This document shows, in pieces, positions 38,289-48,074 of a stretch of 64,000 nucleotides of DNA (position 1 is its first letter; every line of letters starts with the position of its first letter). Under the pieces are notes generated by a model. The model had not been told where the DNA came from and ran no database searches. It saw nothing but the letters and a program-made list of their open reading frames with translations. Source of the DNA: Lama glama (lineage: Eukaryota); NCBI GenBank assembly GCA_028534125.1, contig CM052816.1, positions 87,050,001-87,114,000 of the forward strand. Direction: 5' to 3'. A program made the position numbers and the translations under genes.

Positions 38289-38311
38289 AATATTTTCTTA
38301 AAATATATGTC

Positions 38312-38815
38312 TGTCTTAGTTATATATCACTACATAATAAACCTCCCCAAAACTTGATGGCATACAACAGAAACTATTTTGATATTCTCACAGATTCTAA
38401 CAGAAATTGAGGAAGAATGTAAAGGATAGGGCTTCCCTGGGTTCCCTGATGTCTGGGAGCTTTGTCCCTAAATGTCCCGAAAGTCGCTAAATGATGTCAA
38501 CTAGGAAACAATAGATATGGAAGGCAGCGGGGGTTCACAGGTCATCTGTGACTGTACCTCACTGAAGCGTGGAAGTGTGGCACAGCCAGGTCTGGACTGT
38601 AACAGGATGGCTGAGTTCTGAGAAGGAGCAAACTTAGGGCATTCTTAAGGGGAGCATTCCATGAGGCTGGGGCAGAGGCTGCTTGAGCTCCCATGACGTA
38701 GCGTCAGAGGGCACACAGCATCGCTTTTTCCATATTATTAATGGGGTGCTCATAAGCCATTCGCTCTCAGTAGGATAAATATCAGATAATTAGGCATTAG
38801 ATTTGAAACCACGCA
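38312..38815 (-). mobile_element. MLT1H/G-type MaLR LTR
   Basis: 'tgtcttagtta...ccccaaaacttgatggcatacaacag...tctcacagattct...gatgtctggg...gagcattcca...cacacagcatc'. Confidence 0.7.
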
Positions 38816-39359
38816 ATGACTAAATCTGTTAATGCCTTTGCATATGAAAATGTATTTCACTTCATTTAATTAATTAATTTATTAAGATGTGCTCTAATTT
38901 GAGTGATATATATTCATTACAGGCTTCAAGGTAGGGAATATATTGCCAGTGAATAAAACAAAAGAGAAAAATGTATTAACCAAACCATCAAAATAAAAGT
39001 CTTTTTAAACTGTGTAAAAAAAAATTGTAATGATTTTTTACATGTTTGACTGACATCTATGAGTTCTGTTACAATTCTATGGTAATAGATTAGTTCACTG
39101 AATTCTTGAAGTACAATTTATAAAAATGAGGGCTACAATTTTCAATATGTCATAAATGATATAACTAGATAAGTTCTCATCTTCCTTGTCTGAGTTTGAT
39201 GTGCTATTTCCCAACATACGTCTCTTTTTGTGGGAATGAGTCACAATAAATGTCTTCCACTATCATCTGTTTTTGAAATCAGATATTCTTACTATCTTAA
39301 TCTGCTATCCCTACTTACTGTGGAAAATCGTTGTATATATTAGAATAGTAAAAATTAAT

Positions 39360-39826
39360 TTAGAAAATTATTAGGCTGAAAATGACAGAAAAATCTGACC
39401 ACACTGGAGGAAAACAATAATTTTTTTTTTCTGTTTCACCTAATAGCAGGTGCAGAGGTATGTGGTTGCTGACATCAGTTCAGACGCAACACAGTCAGGG
39501 CACTGTGACCATGTCTCTGATTTTCTTAGTTTCCCTCTTACTTCAAAACATGCTTCTATCACTGCAAGTGTCCTGCCCATCAAAGGCAGGATGCACAGGC
39601 CAATCCTGGGTAGACCTTTGTCTTACATCCACCTCTTTCTTGTAAGAAGAGTCCAATCCTTCTTAAATCCAGTTCTATGTGCTCTGCATTGACCAGAAGT
39701 GGCTTACACTATTGCCCTTATATGCAAAGGTCAGGCTAAGAGGTAATTGGCTTTTCTGGCCACTGTAATGGAAGATATGTAAAAAGCAATGGGTTTGGGT
39801 TGGAAGAAATTCAATGATACGTTACA
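39360..39826 (-). mobile_element. MLT1K/L-type MaLR LTR
   Basis: 'tgacagaaaaatctgacc...cattgaccagaagtgg...tgcaaaggtcaggct'. Confidence 0.6.
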
Positions 39827-39828
39827 AT

Positions 39829-40323
39829 TGCAGTGGGCAAAAAAAATATGCTCTCCCACCAAATTGTCCATGTCCTAATCCCAAGAACCTGTGAATATGT
39901 TTTCCTACGTGGCAAAAAGACACTAGAGATATGATAAGGATTTTCTGATGGAAGAATATCCTGCATTAGCTGGGTAAGCCCATGTAGTCACATGGTTCCT
40001 TACACGTGAAAGAGTCAGGCAAGAAAATTAATGTCAGAGGAATATGGTATAAGATGGACTCAACTGACCATTGTAAGCTTTGAAGACAGAGGGATGATTC
40101 AGGTGCCAGGGAATGTAGGTGGCCTCTGTAAATGAACAAGGTGAGGGAATGGATTCTCCCCTAGAACCTCCAGAAGGAAGTAGCACTGTCCACACCTTGA
40201 CTCTAGTCCAGTGAAGCCCATCTTGGACTTCTGAGCTCCAGCGCTGTAGCATAATCAGTTTGTGTTCCTTAAAGCCACTTTATTTGTGGTAATTTGTTAC
40301 AGCAGCAATAGGAAATGAGTGCA
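39829..40323 (+). mobile_element. MLT1D solo LTR
   Basis: 'gtccatgtcctaatcccaagaacctgtgaatatgtt...ggattctcccctagaacctccagaagg...tttgtggtaatttgttacagcagcaataggaaa'; 5-bp TSD acaat/ataat. Confidence 0.93.
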
Positions 40324-40647
40324 ATAATTCTATGCTAAAGAGAATAAATTGATCATTTCACAATATTATTTAACTGTATAACAGACTTTATACCTTAATT
40401 TATTAAAATACTTTTGAAGACCTTTTCTGTGTAATATATATTTTCATAAAGTTGGTGATGATAAATAGTAATAATTTGGAAATAAAATACCGTCAGTGCA
40501 TAAATATCACTTTGGTTCTTAGTTCCAAACTTTCTCACAAAAGAATAATTTATCAAGTCAGTTGTATTTTGTTGTTTTTTTATTTCATTTTTTATTATTT
40601 ATTTTTAAGTAGTATATGATTTTTTTAACCTTGTACATGTATTAGTC

Positions 40648-40754
40648 TTTTTAAATTGAAATCTAGTTGATTTATAATACTGTATAAGTTTCAGGAGTAC
40701 AACACAGTAATTCACAATTTTTAAAGGTTATGCTCCATTTATAGTTATTATAAG
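40648..40754 (-). mobile_element. Short L1 3' tip (laurasiatherian type)
   Basis: 'ttttaaattgaaatctagttgatttataatactgtataagtttcaggagtacaacacagtaattcacaatttttaaaggtta'. Confidence 0.75.
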
Positions 40755-42353
40755 GCAGTTGTTACTTCATGTTTCTCTGGAATGGGATAAATAATGAATG
40801 AATGAATAAAATATAAAATAAGTATAATTAATCTTAAAAACCCTAGCATAATTGGTATAGCGGTGGACTGTCATTAGGTATAAAGGTGATATAACTATAC
40901 CAACTCAATTTATTACATATTTTGAACAATTTTTAATAATGACATGTAGTGGGGTTTGAACAGAATACTACATAGTGACTTATTCATCTCTTATGTTTAG
41001 AACTAGAAGAGAACTAGGCAAAGAAGTCAGTTCAAAATATTAGCTTTATTATGACAAAATCAGATTCCAGGAAGTGGCCTACATATGAAGCCATGATGAC
41101 CTTTGTGCTCCTTCAGTATTAAACTTGCTTACTTAGTCAGAGAGAGAGAAGTAGAAATTGTAGACCTCCTCAGTCTAGTAAAGTTACTAAATGGTGGTGA
41201 GTAAACTGGAAGCCTCCTCCACATGAACAGACAAACCCTAGAGATGGAACAAGAGAATCTCAGCCAGGGATGCTTGGTTCCTTCTTCCCAACGCAGGAAT
41301 GATTAACACTCACAAAGAGGTTGGAATCTAGACGTTTATACAAGTAGGAAAAATTATATCCTGCAATTGAGACAACTATATGATTATACTATCAGCCTAA
41401 AGTTTGAAAATATAATGTCTATAGTTGAAGGTAAAGGATAATATATTGAATGGTTACCACATATTGAGTTTCAAATTATGTTATAAAAGCTATACTAAGT
41501 TTAATTAGGTCCCATTTGTTTATTTTTGCTTTTATTTTTATTTCCTTGGTAGGCTGACCTAAGACAACATTTTTATGATTTATGTCAGAGAATGTTTTGC
41601 CTATATTTCCTTCTAGGATATTTATCACGTCCTGTCTTATGTGTAAGACTTTAAAACCTTATGAATTTTATTTTTGTGTTTAGTGTGAGGGAGTGTTCTA
41701 ACTCCATTGATTTACATGCAACTGTCCAACTTTCCCAACACTACTTGCCAAAGAGACTGTCTTTTCTCCATTGTATATTATTCTTGCCTCCTTTGTCACA
41801 GGACACTGTAAACAAAATGAACAGACAGCCTACAGAATGGGAGAAGGTATTTGTAAACGATAAGACTGAAAAGGGCTTAACTTTAAGAATATACAAATGG
41901 TTCATACACCTAATAACAAAAAACAAACAACCCAATCGAAAAATGGGCAGAAGACCTAAACAGACATTTCTCTAATAAAGACAGATAGGTAAGAGACACA
42001 TGAAAAGATGCTCAAGATTACTAATTGTCAGAAAAATGCAAATCAAAACTACACTGAGGTGTCACTTCATACCGATCAGAATGGCCATCATTAAAACGTC
42101 CACAAATGACAAATGCTGGAGAGGGTGTGGAGAAAAGGGAAACCTCCTACACTGTTAGTGGGAATGTGGTTTGGAGAAACCACTGTGGAAAACATTATAG
42201 TGACTCCTTAAAAAACTAAAAATAGAGTTACCGTATGATCCAGCAATCCTACTCCTGGGCACACATCCAGAGGAAACTAATTTGAAAAGATACACACGCC
42301 CCAATGTTCATAGCAGCACAATTTACAATAGCCAAGATACAGAAACAACCTAA

Positions 42354-42492
42354 GGGGAGGATATAGCTCAAGTGGTAGAGTGCATGCTCAGCTTGCACAG
42401 GGTCCTGGGTTCAATCCCCAGTACCTCCTAAGAAAATAAATAAATAAATCTAATCACCTCCCCCCACAAAAAATTTAAAAAAAAAGAAAAAA
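42354..42492 (+). mobile_element. Vic-1-type tRNA-derived SINE (camelid)
   Basis: 'ggggaggatatagctcaagtggtagag' (A box) ... 'ctgggttcaatccccagtacctcc' (B box), A-rich tail; perfect 13-bp TSD agaaacaacctaa (42341-42353 / 42493-42505). Confidence 0.93.
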
Positions 42493-42541
42493 AGAAACAA
42501 CCTAAATGTCCACTGACAGATTGCTGAATAATGAATTTGTG

Positions 42542-42579
42542 GTGTGTGTGTGTGTGTATATATATGTATATATATATAT
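42542..42579. repeat. Compound (TG)n(TA)n microsatellite within L1
   Basis: Direct reading. Confidence 0.9.
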
Positions 42580-45246
42580 GAATACTACTTAGCCATAAAA
42601 AAGAATATAGTAATGCCATTTGCACCAATACAGATGGACCTAGAGATTATCATACTGAATGCAGTAAGTAGGTCAGACAGAGAAAGTCAAATATCATATG
42701 TGGCACAAATGAACTTATTTACAAAACAGAAACAGACTCACAGACAGAAAACAAACTTATGGTTACTGGGGGAAGGGGGTATGGATAAATAGGAGTCTGG
42801 GATTTGCAGATACTAACTACTATATATAAAATAGAAAACAAGATCCTACTGTTTAACAAAGGGAACTATATTCAATATCATATAATAACCTATAATGATA
42901 AAGAATATGGAAAACAATATATATGTATAACTGAATAAATGCACTATACACCAGAAACTACCAAAATAGATCAACTATACTTCAATTTTAAAATTAAAAT
43001 AAAAGCCACACTAGATGAATGCAAATAGAAAAAAAAGGAAAAAAGTTATGAGGGACTAAAGAAGATCTTTACTGGAATAAAGGCCAAAAACACAAATCTG
43101 AAAATAAATCAAGTATTTTTGTGGCATTAAATGTTGATGCTTGCCCAGGTTCATCCAAGAGAGGAACACTAGCTAAAGAAACTTGCAGTATAAGCCGACT
43201 CTACCTGTTCATACTTCACGTTTCAAAATTTTATTTTGCTGTGTGGTTTATTAGAATCGTCCAGTTCTTCATCGGTATCTTTGTATATGTCACAAATGTC
43301 TGAGGGAAGGAAAGCACCAGTGAGTCTGAATTTCATCTTATAAAGACATTTTAAGACATAATTTCTAGGGATGCATTTGATGCATTGGACATCTTTATCA
43401 GTGCAGAAAAGCCTGTGAATTGGAATATACCCTTTTCATATATTGCTCATATGAGTTGTGGTTAAATCGCCATGATTTTAAAAGGTGCATGCAGACAAGA
43501 ATATCAAGAAGGGATTGTTGCTGAAGTAGGGATGTTTATTACAACTTTTTTTTTGGGGAGGAGGGTATATTCTCTACTCTAGAGAATTTTCTCCCCTACC
43601 TGATCTTTTAAAAACAAACAAAAGAAGAACTCTTAAAATTGTGTATCAGACAATGTCAGAGTTTATTGAGACGTAATAAAATTTTTGACAGACCTCAGTC
43701 TGAGATAAAGTAAAAAGAAATACACCAGAAGCTACAGTATGTAAGAAAAGCACGCTTTAGTATAAAGTCCTTCCAAATATTTTACTAAATGTAAGTACAA
43801 ATTAGTACATACTGACTAAAGGTCTAGATAGGCATTCAGAATCATTGTGGACTTTTTCCCTACAGATCTGCAATTTTTTGTTAACTGCCAGCTATTACAT
43901 TTAAGTTTATTTTTCTGCTCAGAATTCTAAAAGTAGTAAAACGGTAAGGAAAACCTTATGCAGTATTAAATCCCAAGTTTGTACTGGTTAGGATCATTAA
44001 ATTGTTCCTTAAAAACATAAATTAAAGATCATCAATAACTTGAAGCTATTTAAGCACCTCAGATATTAAAACAAATACATACTAACTTGTGTGGTGTTTT
44101 AGGCAAGGTAATAAAAGAAAAATAAATGGGCGAGTGTGTATTCTTACTTTACTGCCTGCAAATATAACATGGAAAATTACGCATACAGTAGATATACCAC
44201 TTGCGTCTGTATTGAAATTGTATCTCCTTTTCATAGAAAGTGAAATTATTCATTTTACTTGAAAAAAGAAGCTACAGAGGCGCACACACACAGAAACACA
44301 CATAAATACGTATATATATTTATAAAATATGAATAATTAGAGGACATTATGGCATAATGACATCTGGTTTCATCAGTCATTTTGTAAACATGATGCAAAA
44401 TATGTTGAGATAGAATGAAGCTGTGTTATTTATCTGTTTTTTTCCTTGCAGATACAAATACACAATAAAAACAGCACTGCTTGATTGCTGATGTCTTTCC
44501 TCAATTAGCATAAAAGCAAATTGATTTTTTTTTTTTTTTTGCTTAAGGGTGGGAAACAACAGAGTTGTTTTCTTCTTCCTGCTGTATTTTTATCTAACTC
44601 ATTTTTACTGCAAACTATGTTTGAATCTTAGGCAAGTTATTTTCATCCTAGTAAGTCAGAAATAATTTTCAATTGCAGCTCTCTGTGCTCCCTTAAGGAA
44701 ATATTTTAGCCACCACATGGTGGTTTAAGAGCACAATTAGCCCTTTTTTCTCACTCTTTCTATGTCATACTTCAGGTGGGTGGTCTTTAAACACTCAAGT
44801 AGTCATTTCAAGGGCAGTAAATGCACCCAAGTTTGGCTATTCTACTCGCATCAAAGATGTATTATTTTCAGTCATGTTTGGCTTTAGATGAAATGGTTTG
44901 AAAACAGTCTGAAAGTCTTAGTTCTTCAATGAGTCACTCTCCACTGAATGACAAAGTCTGAAAAATGATAACCTGCTTGGAAGAAAGGATGCTGCTAAAA
45001 TAAACATTCCAAAAACCCAGATGAAGCAGCAGGACAGTAACAAAGATTTTCTTAGTTCTTTCGAGTATTAGACAATGCCAGAAAAAAAAAAAAAAGTACC
45101 TAAATTGACTTGACATAGACATAAAGCCTGGCTACTTTGTAATAGCAAGTGGTGCCCTTTATCTGATTATTCTTACGACATAATAAAATTACTGGGGAAA
45201 TTACTACGTTGTTGTAAATAAGCCACATTACTGATTAATTATAGCG

Positions 45247-45583
45247 TGTAGACCTAAAACAAATAGTCTGCCAGTTGTTTCTCTAGGAAAGATAAATTTG
45301 GTTGGGATCAGCAGAGAGTTGTAATTTGGGTATGCAAACATGGCGAGCCACCTGTAAGTCCCTGGAGGCAAGGGGAAGAGACGGTTTCTGTAGAGGGGGA
45401 GGCAGTGGGGAGGGCTACAGTACACGAAGAGCCCGTGGCTTTCCATTGGCTGAGTCGTTGCCAGGAGAGAAGAGGAGTCTTCCTTCTTCTTGTTGGGCTC
45501 CGCTTCATCACAGGGTGTGAGTGCACCCTCTGCTGCTCTCCCAAACCTATTTAATTGACATTTTTGTTTATTAAATTTTTACA
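45247..45583 (-). mobile_element. Cetartiodactyl ERV1-class solo LTR
   Basis: TG...CA termini ('tgtagacctaaaa' ... 'aatttttaca'), 4-bp TSD agcg/agtg, antisense CCAAT 'cattggctgag'. Confidence 0.88.
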
Positions 45584-45634
45584 AGTGATAAAGAAACAAA
45601 AAGGACTGTATCTGTTACATCCAGGGCTATTGTA

Positions 45635-45712
45635 ATACTTAAGTAACTTGCCCACAATTATATGACAACGATTTGAGGACTGGAATTAAAACTCTCTATG
45701 TTAAAGCCCCTC
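45635..45712 (-). mobile_element. MIR fragment
   Basis: 'ttaagtaacttgcccacaa...gactggaattaaaactc'. Confidence 0.55.
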
Positions 45713-46579
45713 TCAATTCTTAGGTCATTCTGTTCTCAATCAGAGGTGACCCCCAAATCCAAGTACCCCATGGAGGTGCAGGCCCAAACTGTATAATCAG
45801 CATTTATGCAACAAAAGCGAGCTGTCCTATTAAGAAAACCTGAAATTGGCCCACGTGTTCGTGTGTGTAATTCTTCTCAGAGGTGATTTCCTCCTCTCTA
45901 CATATCTAAGAGTATTCAGGGTGTATGCTACACAGAAACAAGAAAACTATGAAAGCAATGACTCCAGTCTTCCCCTCCTTTCTCCTCACAAATCATATCC
46001 AACCCAAAGAAAAATGATTCATTGTCATTATTTATGTGCAACAGAATTAATTGCAGGTGTCCACACTAGCATAAAGGAAAGAATAAAGCAACCCATCTCC
46101 CCAGATAACTATCTCAATTAGAAAATTATTCAGAAACTACTTTAAAAGGGCAAAAAGTGTTAAATTTTTTTTTGCTGAATTAATATCTGTTGACTGTAAC
46201 TGTGATATTACTTTTGCCTTCAAGAGTGTTCCAATAATAACTTTATTTTTTACCAATTTTACTGAAGTAATTTTTATTATTATGCAAATATTAATTTTAA
46301 CAGTTTGTATATGTTATTTGATATTATTATGGTATAAATATACTCAAAGCAGATTAAGAATATTATAAACATAATTCTCAATTCAAATTATATCTTTCAA
46401 ACTAAATATTATGAAATTAATCTAAAAACTGCTTTGTTGCTATAATAAATAATTTTTTGTCATTAGACATGCTGTGCTACATTGAGTCATAATGTAATAT
46501 ATTTTTAAAAAATAAGTATTGCCCAAAACTTTTGGCAATATTAAATATAATTTCTGTTTCTTTTCACTATAATTACCAA

Positions 46580-46745
46580 TAATTTGGCTTTTTCCTCTCA
46601 TTGTGCCTCAATTTATTCATCTATAAAATGGAATATTAATAATAACTGCTTCACAAGATAGGCACACTGAATTTGTAATTTACCTTGCATTAAAACATGT
46701 CTTTTTACAGAGTAAGAATTTAATGTTAATATTAGTGTTAGTATC
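46580..46745 (+). mobile_element. MIR SINE
   Basis: 'tgtgcctcaatttattcatctataaaatggaatattaataata' MIR core. Confidence 0.75.
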
Positions 46746-47229
46746 AATAGAAATCCGGTTTGCTTATTTATCTGATTTTGCATAGCCATGGAAGAGGCTT
46801 CTGTAACTCAACTGAGACTATCTTTCTCTGACTATTCGCATGCCAAAGGCAGGAACTTTCCAAGTCATAACTTGAAGTGCATTCCGTAGGCATCCACATA
46901 CAACATAGCTCTTCCTACATCTTAACTGTCCCGTATTACTCTAAAAATGTCCAATTACTATGAGAACTCAAAATCTGGGTAAGTGCGTTAGGACTTCTGC
47001 AGTGAGCCCTAAGTAGAATTCAGGGACATAGCTACTTCCTGAAACTTCTGGCAGCATTACTTTTAATATTTCTGTTATTTTATTTCTGGATACCTTAGAA
47101 AGAGTAAATGCAGAAATCATAACTGATGGCACAATACTCAAAAAAGGAACACATTACTCTAACTACAGCCTGCATCAAAAATTAGACCACTATTCAGATC
47201 TAAGAAACCAGCATTCATTCTCTTCCCAA

Positions 47230-47915
47230 ATCTATACTTCTCCCTCCATCCCAAAGGTAACCAATGTGCTGACCTTCAAAATCATTCATTAGTTTTCCAC
47301 TTTGTGAACCGTGTACAAGGGAAGCCACACCTTATATATTGCTTTGTTTTATGTGTGTGAAAGTCATTCCAGTTGTTGTTAAGTAGTAATAATGAATTCA
47401 TTTTCATTGTTGCATAGAATTTTATTTTACGCTTATACCATATTTATTCTACTGCTGATGGAACTATTATTGTTCTAGTTTTGACAGTTGTGACTAAGTA
47501 TGTTCTGAGCACTCATGTGTATACCCCTTCATGACATACATATGTGCGTATTTTGGGGAATACAGCTGAGACGAATTTGCTGGATCATTGGATATGCATA
47601 TATGGAGTTGTAGTAGGTAATTCTGAAGATCTTTCTACAGTAGTTATTTGGATTTGCACCTCTTAGAGTGGCTCATCCTTGACAAACTGGTATTAGTTGT
47701 TCTTCATTTAAAAAATTCTAGTAGATTTGCTGTAGTGTCTTTTCATAGATTTATTGGCCATCTGGACATCTGTTGAAAGGTAGTTGTTGGACTTTTTGCT
47801 TTTTCTTCTATTATTTTTCCATTTTTTTCTATTGATGTGTAGGAGATCTTTATATAGTCTAGATAAGACATGTTTGTCCATTATATCTATTTAACGTATA
47901 TCCTCTTTCTCTATG
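47230..47915 (-). mobile_element. L1ME 3' region (antisense)
   Basis: 'cccaaaggtaacca...ttcattttcattgttgcataga...tttgctggatcattggatatgcata...tttattggcca...attgatgtgtaggag'. Confidence 0.75.
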
Positions 47916-48074
47916 ACAACAGAAGTTGACTTTACTTGCCAGTATTTAGTTGAGGATATGACTCCGTATTCAAGGCTACTTTAATCGACATGATTTGGGC
48001 TTCGGGGCCAGTCAGGTCAATCTAGTTCTGCTTCACCCATTCACAAATGTGATATCTTTTTGATTCCTCACAGA

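Larger units (their letters stand above)
41498..42998 (+). mobile_element. L1 with 5' inversion (antisense 41498-~41801, sense ~41802-42998), carrying a SINE
   Basis: 15-bp TSD ataaaagctatacta (41483-41497) / ataaaagccacacta (42999-43013); antisense ORF2 'agtttaattaggtcccattt...' joined to sense 'aaacaaaatgaacagacagcctacagaatgggag' (KMNRQPTEWEK). Confidence 0.95.

Noticed and set aside
41661..41975. 104-aa ORF
   Set aside because: Spans the L1 inversion junction and consists of antisense plus sense ORF2 fragments.
42354..42428. tRNA-like sequence
   Set aside because: Has a SINE tail, an A-rich end and a TSD; it is the head of a SINE, not a tRNA gene.
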